64,000 nucleotides of DNA from Pseudomonadota bacterium (lineage in GTDB: Bacteria > Myxococcota_A > Polyangia > Polyangiales > JAKSBK01), in contig JAKSBK010000148.1 of NCBI GenBank assembly GCA_022361155.1, positions 1,045-65,044 of the forward strand, written 5' to 3'. This document shows positions 33,501 through 40,400 of this stretch, in pieces. The position numbers and the translations under genes were made by a program. The notes under the pieces are model-generated. The model made no database searches. It saw nothing but the letters and a program-made list of their open reading frames with translations, and was not told where the DNA came from. How positions within the stretch are numbered: position 1 is the stretch's first letter; every line of letters starts with the position of its first letter.

Positions 33501-34405
33501 GCTACCGTCGTTTTGGCCAAGCGCTCGCAACCTATGCCCGGAGCGATTCACTGCGCGCCGAGCTCGGTTTCTGGCTGGCGCTGCCGTGGCCGCGTGTTGG
33601 CTCGCTCGAACTGGATCGGCCCGCGGCCTCGACACGCGAAGCAGATCGCGCCGAGCTTCTGCTGAGCCTGGATGCTGCGACAACGCGCCAGCTGCTGCGC
33701 GACGCAGGCCAGGCTTACCACACGCGAGTGGAAGATCTGTTGTTGGTGGCGCTGGCGCGATCGCTGGGCCGGTTGTCGAGCGCCGAGTGGCTGCGGGTCG
33801 ACATGGAGGGTCACGGGCGGGAGGATCTGCTCGATGGCGTCGATTTGAGCCGGACGGTGGGCTGGTTCACCACCCTTTTTCCTGTCTTGCTGCGTCCGGT
33901 GCAAGAGGAGCTGGATCGTCAAATCGAAGAGATCAAGGAGGCGCTGCGCGCGTTGCCGGCGCGGGGGCTCGGTTTTGGGGTCTTGCGCTATCTGGGCGAC
34001 GAGAGGGCTCGCCATGCGCTGCGCGAGCTACCCGCCGCGCAGGTCAGCTTCAACTACCTGGGGCGGCTGGATGCGAGCCTGCGCGGGAGCTCGCGCCTGC
34101 TTGGCGCTCCGGAGCAACGGTCGCCGGGCCCGCAGCAGGCGCCGGAGAACGAGCGGGCCTACGCGCTCGACCTCAACCTGAGCCTGGTCGGGGACGAGCT
34201 GCTGATCCACGTGGCGCACAGCGCAAGCCTGTCCGAGCAGACGGTTCAGGAGCTGGGCGTCGAGTACCTCGAGCAACTGCGCGTGATCACGATGCACTGT
34301 GCCGGGCGAGGGCGTGCCCGTTACACGCCGTCGGATTTCGAGCTCGCGCGAGGCCTCGACCAAGCCGGCCTCGACGCCATCTTGACGCATCTGGAGGCCG
34401 AATAG
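22670..34405 (+). CDS. NRPS 1: FAAL-ACP-C-A(N-MT)-T-C-A-T-E (loading plus modules 1-2)
   Basis: FAAL: LQYTSGSTSSPKGVVVTHASLAVNL, WLPLYHDMGLI. ACP: EAGLGSLGALQL. C: HHIALDFWS. A1: YVIYTSGSSGVPKG, FDASVWE, NHYGPTE, GRADRQVKVRGHRVELGE, then the MT insert, then PNGKLDRRAL. T: FFELGGDSV. C2: PHALLDGWS. A2: YVIYTSGSTGTPKG, FDFSVWE, NMFGITETTVH. T: FFALGGDSIS. E: PIQHWFF, HHLLVDAVSWRIL. The tail has a COM-donor-like YTPSDFELA. Confidence 0.95.
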   Translation: MTGDEQGYRRGLSLAAGFDPQANIVSVLRARAAREPDLPAYVLLADGDNEQRRLSYRQLDTGAARIAGALQARGAAGETVLLLHDDGLDFLTAFFGCLYAGAIAVPAYPPRRRQLQLLGGIVASADPRLILTSAKRRDSLQRRTSELPMFANRHWLASNTLPRSEQSVPVPNDPPPEAVAFLQYTSGSTSSPKGVVVTHASLAVNLHELRVSFAHPAGAWIVSWLPLYHDMGLISAALLGVYTGSPVVLIPPVRFIERPVRWLRAISRYRVALSGAPNFAFDLCVSGIDPAERQGLDLRSWRLAYNGAEPVFADTLERFAAAYAPYGFSANALCPSYGMAETCVFVSCSKNAPKALTAGFDSEALARGRARLVNPANPDNPDSPDSSHKPDTRNNRTSSIPDTRNNRTSSIRQLVGCGLPPFGELAIVDPERRTACEDGRIGEIWLRGANVCSGYWKNPEATAETFGVARADVPVQSGDPGRTYLRTGDLGFVHQGHVFLTGRSKDLVIVRGRNYYPQDLERCVCDAAPEIRPNASVAFSYGDSSHKQLVLVCELERTQVRKDHERVFFKIRRALSQTFELQPDAIVLIRPGALPRTSSGKLRRRTTGQLWSEGSLDVVERDGLHPRPRADGSPRTDEYTADEHRPDEHRPDEYTVLRRMLEIGASAQREALLLQFVCVQLAELVGLSAGEVDPSVTAVEAGLGSLGALQLCQRLGRLLGRPVDVPLVLGDRSLRELVGLLLSPPAGDPGAHASAPPRSRLSASESTPARLSASESAPARLSASESTAARSGVSESAPPRCSAGGRQIVHSDPSDYPLSYSQEAIWAVDRRATGAIGHNVHLRLGLEGAVDEAALRRSFDALVRRHAALRTRYVEQAGKPRAQVCQRASCDFERIELVATNGAQQEARVAELIREPFDLTRGDLLRVRLLCRAAGPRILLLVAHHIALDFWSLVVLLKELKTLYAGERAGAAVCLPELAADYAQFASWQRARLAAEGARDWEYWRRELAGELPVLALPWDRARAASREFRGACVTRLLGRKTSAELLGLGRACAATPYTTALALFAALLERYTGQHDFVVGTPSAGRTDERFAHVVGYFVNPMALRLRVRVQMSFRDLLHAVRETVNGALAHQHYPFSKLVERLNPERSAELWPLYQVAFTLQAAQRPEEAELAPLALGDYPMRTNWGGLEIASARLGERVENFDLKLVMAQTPDGLAACFQYNRELFEPATLEQLAGHYARLAEAVVERPEAPLSELSLLFAQEARELVSRWNATGCVLEHADKPVDWHFEQQVQRCAGLPALVEGSQTLSYQALDRAANRLAHALRARGVGPESRVGVCLPRSADLVVAQLGVLKAGAAYVPLDPAYPPARLSWMLGDASIETVVSRQVLLARLPRHVRALCLDRDAALLAGFDASKPPVRTSIGCSLAYVIYTSGSSGVPKGVQVSHAALLNLARWHQKRYAVTPLDRASMVASVGFDASVWELWPYLLSGAAVYVARDALIADPDQLLGWVAERRISLMFLPTPLAELVLRAHWPKQARLRALLTGGDRLGPVTGDAPLAGLELINHYGPTEAAVVTTAGEVAFGALDVPDIGKPIADLQVYVLDEALRPVPSGALGELCIAGTGLARGYVARPAWTAERFVPDPFSRVSGARMYRSGDRARQRASGAIEYVGRADRQVKVRGHRVELGELEAALKALPGIRAAAAATYRDANAEQRLAAYVVLEEGNAPGAGDRAQQESAHVERWAALYEQTYAGSNQQPGVDSRFNFAGWNSSFTERPIPQQDMREWVDETAKRIRSLGTRRVWEIGCGIGLLCSRLADRCAYYHGTDLSERAIEQLGEQLDSDRRQGKITGEFCLERAAADQAPGLQLPAGTQLDGVILNSVIQYFPSRQYLERVLERALDSLKQGYLFIGDVRDLGLLELFHTDVQLYQARPGLSLADLRVRARQFREREQELAVGAAFFHQLADRYPGVAAVEVRLKRGRCQNELTRYRYDVVVFVGEHPPIFEPRLEPWNTIGSLAELERRLEREAPEWLALGGLASARVGRALAARERLRNLDAGALSATTVAELSSSLAAYEGDAVDPDALWRLASRKGYHAQLLQPADGQPGRFDAVLRRLDSPLRASPLRPSAAGPGTFDAAALTNEPLRHQRIAQHLAELKLELAERLPAHSLPSAWLALASQPLGPNGKLDRRALPAPEAMTASARYRAPTTALECELAGVWEQKLALPRVGVHDNFFELGGDSVLAILVVSALRERGIEIHARQLFDTQTVASLANAIEADRRGRAGDAGGQPAGDATPGPDPTDPAGSKHGHGLSPLQQGLLFHTLFEPQGERAEPFYVEQVRLDLRGPCDPDALRAALRCLLERHEALRTAFDVSDPEVLQAHVVEPARSRLPFELRVDACASGEQELARWLEAERARPFDYAVAPLMRFVLLQRAADHALLVWTYPHALLDGWSSALLVRELLVIYGAVKRATAPSLPKPVPFRRYLGWLERQDRTLAQRFWTRYLADFVQVPRLRDATALPERTASPERTALPERTALPERTALRDARDAGHTPGRPAAVERETVDLGLELTETLAARGRELRVATSTWLHAAWALVLGRFLGSDRVCFGLVGSGREADIPHVESAVGLLINTVPFAVSLPAEATVAQWLKQLQRSEIEVLGHGFVGLIELQRWLGTGTPLFDSLFAFENYPRQGVLEREQAGLRLAEITHRGATHYPLTLVVTPGSRLHAELGYRSDRYRARFVRRLLAGFGAALKALVDNPRARLGQLSLGLTGGTKARVASGVISAAGARRERGAAKEPTELAPACDLAAAFERSVQQNPNAPALRWQGNAISYVELNQRANRLAHLLRERGIESERRVGLCFERSDELVAAILGVLKAGGAYVPLDPALPPQRLAFMLEDAGVDLVLTHGAVQVPPVTRCSIVAVDEAREAVARQCSEDLALARHPEQLAYVIYTSGSTGTPKGVGVTHGNVSKLFAACAQRFEFSCKDVWSLFHSYAFDFSVWELWGALLHGGSAVVVPHWVSRDPRAFADLLLDEGVTVLSQTPSAFYPLAAQLLASTTTLPALRCVVFGGEALDSSRLTAWFARFGGRGPRLANMFGITETTVHVTHCPLAAGDAASARRSIGTALPGMACRVLDPHLHPLPDGVRGELCVAGTGVARGYVGRPGLTAERFVPDPCSAAPGARLYRSGDRGCRDDAGDLLYLGRADNQVKLRGLRIELAEIEAELRRCPGVHAAVARLQPRDVREGEEAGDQLVAYLVGADADSALDTALDTALDTMRISRELAHRLPAYMIPSAYARLSELPLTPNGKLDRDALPRVSGMTRTPERPAARACAWTPLERQLAEIWRAVLRVEQVSRDDDFFALGGDSISSMQVAARARQHGLELSPRELFEHPKLALLAKRLAASNPAQGDRAQAASAGEEPAGDVPLAPIQHWFFERRLARAEHFNQSVLLELASSRGIDTLEASLRSVARHHHAFRLRYDTGLARQAYVAANDADWPLATIDLRPWSLDARAAELQRHAAQAQRCLELAKGPVCRALYFRCSPEPDRLLLVIHHLLVDAVSWRILLEDLDKAYRQLEEGGVIDLPPSTSSYRRFGQALATYARSDSLRAELGFWLALPWPRVGSLELDRPAASTREADRAELLLSLDAATTRQLLRDAGQAYHTRVEDLLLVALARSLGRLSSAEWLRVDMEGHGREDLLDGVDLSRTVGWFTTLFPVLLRPVQEELDRQIEEIKEALRALPARGLGFGVLRYLGDERARHALRELPAAQVSFNYLGRLDASLRGSSRLLGAPEQRSPGPQQAPENERAYALDLNLSLVGDELLIHVAHSASLSEQTVQELGVEYLEQLRVITMHCAGRGRARYTPSDFELARGLDQAGLDAILTHLEAE
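23837..23902 (+). repeat. 33-bp exact in-frame tandem duplication (PDTRNNRTSSI x2) in the FAAL domain
   Basis: cctgacacccgtaacaaccggacctcaagcatt occurs at 23837 and 23870. It is preceded by NPANPDNPDSPDSSHK. Locally the third-position GC is unusually low. Confidence 0.95.
24578..24634 (+). repeat. 15-bp in-frame tandem repeat (DEYTA-DEHRP-DEHRP-DEYTV) between FAAL and ACP
   Basis: gacgagcacaggccc occurs at 24593 and 24608, flanked by the degenerate copies gatgagtacacggcc and gacgagtacaccgtt. Confidence 0.9.
24947..25036 (+). repeat. 30-bp in-frame tandem repeat x3 (RLSASES(T/A)PA) in the ACP-C linker
   Basis: cgcctcagcgcgagcgaatcg(a/g)caccagcg occurs at 24947 and 24977, a third copy starts at 25007, and a degenerate copy follows (SGVSESAPP). 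Confidence 0.9.
27895..29115 (+). other. methyltransferase domain embedded in the module-1 A domain (between core motifs A8 and A10)
   Basis: ERWAALYEQTY...FNFAGWNSSFTERPIPQQDMREWVDETAKRI...RVWEIGCGIGLLCSRLA...YHGTDLS...VILNSVIQYFPS...GYLFIGDVRD. The flanks are VKVRGHRVELGELE (A8) upstream and PLGPNGKLDRRALP (A10) downstream. Confidence 0.8.
30257..30328 (+). repeat. 18-bp in-frame tandem repeat x4 (ALPERT/ASPERT) inside the second C domain
   Basis: gcg(t/c)(t/c)gccggagcgaacc occurs at 30257, 30275, 30293 and 30311. It is bracketed by LRDAT upstream and ALRDARD downstream, which are themselves a direct repeat. Confidence 0.95.
32516..32551 (+). repeat. 12-bp in-frame tandem repeat x3 (ALDT) near the end of the module-2 A domain
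   Basis: gcgctcgacac(a/g) occurs at 32516, 32528 and 32540. Confidence 0.9.
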
Positions 34406-34407
34406 CG

Positions 34408-37400
34408 ATGGCGGCTGCCGAAACGGTCGAAGACATCTACGCCTTGTCGCCACTTCAGCGCGGCATGCTCTTTCATCGGCTCTACAGCGAAGGGTCGCGC
34501 ACGTATTTCGTGCAGGCCCGTTTGCGTATCGACGGCTTGTTGGACAGGGAGCGCTTCCGCACTGCGTGGCAACAGCTGATCGATCGCCATCCAGCGCTGC
34601 GTACGTTCTTCGTCTGGCAAGGCGTGGAGGAACCGCTGCAGGTCGTACAGCCGCGGGGAACCGTCACGCTGCGCTGGGAGTACCGGGACTGGCGCAATGC
34701 CTCGGAGCCCAAGCTCGCTGAACGACTCGAGGAATTCTTCGAGCGGGACCATGCGCGCGGGCTCGATCTTGGAAAGGCGCCCCTGTTTCGCATCACGCTG
34801 CTGCGGCTACCCGAGTGGCATCTGTGTGTCTTCAGCCATGAGCACTTGATTCTCGATGGTTGGTGTCTGCCGCTTCTGATTTCGGAATTGCTCGAGCTCT
34901 ACGAATCCGGCCGCTCGGGCAGGCCACCGGACCTCGCGCCTGCGGTGCCGTACAAGCGCTTGATCGCCTGGCTTGCGGCCCAACCGCAAGCAGCGGCGGA
35001 GCGCCACTGGAAGCAACGCCTGCGGGGTTTTGGCGAGCCCACCCCCTTGCCGCTGCGCCGCACGAGCGCGCCGAATCACCTCCCCGCTGCCAAAGCGGGC
35101 TTCGCCGAGGCCCTGCTGGTGCTCGACCAGACCCAGACCGAGCGGTTGCAGACCTTCGCGCGCGCGAGCGGGCTCACCCTCAATACCCTGGTGCAGGGAG
35201 CGTGGGCTCAGTTGCTCGCCCGCCACGCTGCCCAGGATGAGGTGGTGTTTGGTGTCACCGTTTCCGGCCGAGCCGCCGAGCTCGAGGACGCCGAGCTCGT
35301 CGTGGGTCCTTGCTTGAACACGCTGCCATTGCGCATCCGCAGTGAGCCTTGGCGACGGCTGGTGCCCTGGCTGCGTAGCCTGCAGCAGCAAAACCTCGAG
35401 CTCAGGCAGTTCGGGCATGTGGGGCTTAGCGAGCTGCAGCACTGCAGAGCGCCGGGCACTCGCGGGGAGCAGCCCGCACCGCTGTTCGAGAGCATCGTCG
35501 TATTCGAGAACTATCCTTCCCGCGCCCTCGTGAGCAAGGGTCCACAGCCCCTGCGCGTGTGCCCGTTGCAGTTGCCGCTCGACAGCGCGGCGCGCTTGCG
35601 TTCGGCGGAGCGCAACAACTATCCGTTGACCCTCGTTGCCGCGCCCGGGCCCCGGCTCGAGTTGATGCTGGCCCATGCCAAGTCCGAGATCGAGTTGCAG
35701 GACGCCGGGCGGCTCTTGGTCGAGCTGACTACGATCTTGAACGCTTTTGCCGAGGTGCCACGCGGGCTGCCCGGCCCCGCGCTGGGCGCGTTGCCCTCGC
35801 TCGCCGGCGCTCCGAGCGGTCGCGTGTCTCCCGTCCCGCGGCCGAGCCGGCAGGCAGCCAGTATTGTCCGCCGTTTCACGGGGAACGTCACGAAGCGGCC
35901 CGACGCCACCGCGCTCGTCAGCGGGGAGGTTTCGCTGAGCTACTCCGAGCTTGAGCGCCGTTCTTCGGCCGTGGCGCAACGTCTGTTGGGCCACTTTGCA
36001 GCCCGCGCCTCCGCCGAGCGCCGCATCGCCATCTGCACCCGTGGCTGGCAGGGCGTGGCCGCCCTCTTGGGCGCGTTGCGCGCGGGCGCGAGCTATGTTC
36101 CGATCGATCGCGATTGGCCGGCGGCCCGCAGAAGCTGGGTGCTCGAGGATAGCCAGGCGAGCGCGGTCCTGGTGGACGAGCCAAGTCGGTCGCTCGTGGA
36201 CGGCCACGGGTGCATCGAAGTCATGGTGTTGGGCGGCGTAGCCGAGGAGGGCTTGCAGCAGCCTGCCGGCCCGGCGCCGCTGCCGGCTACATGCGAGCCA
36301 ACGGGCGAAGAAATAGCCTATGTCATCTACACCTCGGGTTCGAGCGGTCGGCCCAAGGGCGTGGCGGTGAGCCATGCGGCGCTTCTGCACTACGTGGAGG
36401 CCGTCGGTGAAACGCTAGGCTTCCAACCTGGTCTCAGCTTCGGGCTCATGTCCTCGTTCGCCTCGGATCTTGGACACACCGCGACCTTCGGCAGCCTTGG
36501 TTTCGGTGGCACGCTGCACGTGCTGGCACCCGAGGTGGCGCTCGACGGGGGGGCTTTTGGTGCCTATCAGCGCGAGCACGCGCTCGACGTCCTCAAGCTG
36601 ACCGCGTCGCAGCTGCAGATCCTGCTCGATGCCCCGGAGCCGGGTACGGTGCTGCCCAGGCGGCACCTGATTCTGGGAGGGGAAGCGCTTACTTCGGAGC
36701 TGGTAGACAAGCTTGATGTGCTTGTCTCCGAACACGCCCCGGGTTGCCGGGTCAGCAACCACTACGGCCCGACCGAGGCAACGATCGGAGCGCTGCTCGA
36801 GCCTGTGTTGCCGCGCTCCGAATCCGAGCGCGGGATCTCGCTCGCGCCGGCCATCGGCCGGCCGCTGCCACGCATGTACGCGACGGTGGCCGATCGGCAT
36901 GGGCGTACGCTCCCCGAGGGTGCCGCCGGGGAGCTGTACCTCGGTGGTCCGGGGCTGGCCCTCGGGTATCTGGACAGGCCCGCGTTGACCGCGGAGCGGT
37001 TCGTGCCGGACCCGGCTGGGACGTATCCAGGGACGCGGCTGTACCGAACCGGCGATCGTGTCCGTCGCCGGCGCGACGGGCGCATGGAGTTTCTGGGTCG
37101 TACCGACCGCCAGCTCAAGCTGCGTGGCCATCGTATCGAGCCATGCGAGATCGAGACCCTGCTGCGACGGGCTCCCGAGCTGCGCGATGCCGCGGTCAAG
37201 GCCGTGTTGATCGACGGTGAGGCGCAGCTCGTGGCGTACTGCCTCGCGAAAGGCACGCTGCGCGCGAGCGAGAGCACGCTGCGGGCCCGACTTGCCGAGC
37301 GGCTGCCCGACGCCATGGTGCCGGCGCACTTCGTCCAGCTCGACACCTGGCCGCTGACGCACAACGGCAAGCTGGACTACGGGGCGCTGCCAAGCCCGCG

Positions 37401-40400
37401 CCTGCAGGCTGCGTCGTTCACCGCGCCCCGCGGCGAGACCGAAGCCGTGCTGGCAGAGCTTTGGGCCGCGGTGCTCGGGCGTGAGGACATCGGAGTTCAC
37501 GCCAGTTTCTTCGAGCTGGGCGGCGACTCGATACAGAGTCTGCAGATCGTGGCGCGCGCGCGCCGCCGCGGGTTGTGCTTCACGCCCAAGGATGTGTTCG
37601 AAGCGCGGACGATCGCTCGTCTTGCGGAACGGATCGAGGCAAGCCAAGCGGTCGGGTCCGGCGCAGCCCAGGCGCGGCTCTCGGGAGACGGCGCCGAGCT
37701 CGACGGCTCGAGAGCTTTTGCGCTGACGCCCATCCAGCAACGCTTCTTCGAGGCCCGGCACCCGAACCCGAACCGCTGGAATCAGGCCTTGATCCTGCGC
37801 GTGGCCGGCCGCCTACAGCCCAAGACCGTAGTCCGCGCCGTTCAGCAGTTGTACCGGCGTCACCCCGCGCTGCGGCTGCGTTTCGAGCACGATTGCGAGC
37901 TCGGCTGGAAGCAGCGGGCCGCCAGCGCGAGCGAGCCGGTGGCGGTGCAGCTCGTCGATCTGTCCCACCTGCCCGAGGTGGAGCAGGGTACGGCCATCGA
38001 GTCGTTTTCGGAAAGGGCGCAGCACAGCCTCGATCTCGAACGCGGTCCGCTCTTCGGCGCGGTCTGGTTCGACTGCGGGACGGGTCGTGCCGCGCGCCTG
38101 TTGCTCTTTGCGCATCATCTGGCCGTAGACGTCGTGTCCTGGCAGGTGCTGCTGTCGGAGCTCGGCGCCCTCTGCTCCGGTCAGAACCTGCCTGACGCTG
38201 CGACCTCCTATCTGCGCTGGGCTGCTGCGCTGGCGCAGGCGGCCGCGGCTCCCGAGCTGCTGGAGCAACTGCCGTATTGGCTGCGCGCAACCGGGCAAGA
38301 GCTTCCGCGAGATGGCGAGCCCGCGGGCGGCTTTACCTGTGATCGGGCCGTGGGGCTTCAACGCACGCTTCCGGCGAGCCTGACGCGGGCTCTGTGGCAG
38401 CGAGCGCCGGCCGCCTATCGGGTCGAGGTGGACGACATCCTGCTTGCCGCGGTCGCCGTTTCGCTCGGCAAGTCGTGGGGTCTATCGCAGGTAGTGATCG
38501 AGTGCGAGGCGCACGGCCGCGGGCACCCGCGGCTGGCGCTCGATCTCTCGTCCTCGGTCGGTTGGTTTACCTCGCGCTACCCGTTGCGTCTCGATCTGGC
38601 TGGCGAGCTCGACCCCGAGCACGTGCTGGCGAGTGTGCACGCGCAGCGTCGCGCACTGCCGCATCAGGGAATCGGCTACGGCCTGCTACGCTACCTGCGC
38701 TCCGCCGACAGCGAGCCGCTGCGGCGCTTGCGAGCGCTGCCGGCGCCCCAAATCGGCTTCAACAACCTGGGTCGCATCGGGCTCGGCGTCGAACCGCAGG
38801 GTCTGTTCGCACGCGCAGCCGAGTCGGTTCGCGGAATGCGCGATCCACAGAGCCTGCGCTCGCAGCCGCTCGAGCTCACCGTGCGCGTCGAAGACGATGG
38901 GCTCCGCCTGGATTGGATCTACGATCCAGAGCTTCATCGCCAACAGACCATCGAGCAGCTTGCCGGCGCGTGCGAGTTGGCGCTCCGGAAGTTGCTGCAA
39001 CGGCTCGCCGCCCCCTGCGATCGGCCGACGGCGAAGCTCGACGCGGAAGCGCTGGTACTTTCGGGGTTGACCCAATCCCAGCTCGACTCGCTGGCGCTTG
39101 CGGCGCACGAGGTCGAGGATCTGTATCGCTGCTCACCTATGCAGGAGGGGCTTTTGGCGCACAGCCTCACCCGTCCGAGCGACTACATCAATCAGCTGAG
39201 CTTACGGGTGCAAGGCCTTGGTCCGCGTGCGCTGGAGCACGCGTGGCAGGCGTTGATGGACCGGCACCCCATCCTGCGTACCGGCTTCGTTTGGCGGCTT
39301 GCTCGAAGCGCGGAACGGGCGAGCGAGCTGCCTTGGCCGGTCCAGGTCGTGTACCGGCACGTGCCGGTGCAGGTCGAACGGCGCGATCTGTCGCACTTGG
39401 ACCCGGCGGAGCAGGAGCAGTCCTGGAGCCGCTTGCTCGAGCAGGACCGCGAGGCCGGCTACGATCTGACCCGGGCTCCCCTGTGGCGTGTGCTGGTCGC
39501 CGAGTGTGGCGCGGATCGGCAGCGCATCTTGTGGAGTCGCCATCACGTGCTGCTGGATGGCTGGTGCTCCTCGCGCCTGCTGGCGGAGTGGCTGGAGCTC
39601 TACGAGAGCCATAGGCGCGGCCGCCCGGTCCGTCCCGGCACCGTTGCTCCTTACCGTGACTACATCGCCTGGTTGGCCAAGCAGGACCACGAAGCAGCGC
39701 GCGCGTTCTGGGATAGCAGCCTGGCACAGTTCGAACACCCCACGGCGCTGCCTTTCCAGGATGCCGATCCTGCGTTCGGTTCGCCCCGGCGCTCTGGCGC
39801 CGCGACTGAACAGGTGGTGCTCGAAGTAGGCAGGGGCCAATGCGCCGAGCTTCGGCGCTGGGCGGGCACGCACCAGCTCACGCTGGGCAGCGTGTGCCAA
39901 GGGGCGTGGGCATTGCTCTTGGCACGCATGAGCGGCGAACGCACGGTCACGTTCGGAGTGACCGTGTCTGGGCGGCCCGCGACGCTCGCAGGCGTCGAGC
40001 ACATGCTGGGGCTCTTCATCAACAGCCTGCCCATGCGAGTCTCCTGTCCGCCGGAGCAAACCGTTTGCCAATGGCTTGCGGAGCTTCAGGCGCACAACAG
40101 CGAGCTTCGCGAGTACGAGTACAGCTCGCTCGCGAGCATTCAGGAGCGGGTCCAGCAGCGCGAGCGGGCCAACGGCAACGGCAACGCCGGCGAAGCGCTT
40201 TTCGATAGCCTGTTCGTGTTCGAGAACTACCCTGTCGACGCTGCACTAACCCAGGCTCGTGCAGGCTTGCAGCTACTCGGCGTATCCCGCCGGGATCCGA
40301 GCCACTACGGTCTGACGCTGGTGGTCCTGCCGGGCGCCGAGTTGCGGCTCGAGCTCCAGTACGACAGCGCGCGTTACACGGGCAAGCGTGCGGCCCGGGT

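Noticed and set aside
33586-34407. 5' extension of the NRPS 2 ORF
   Set aside because: It overlaps the E domain of NRPS 1 in another frame. The C-domain signature begins right after ATG 34408.
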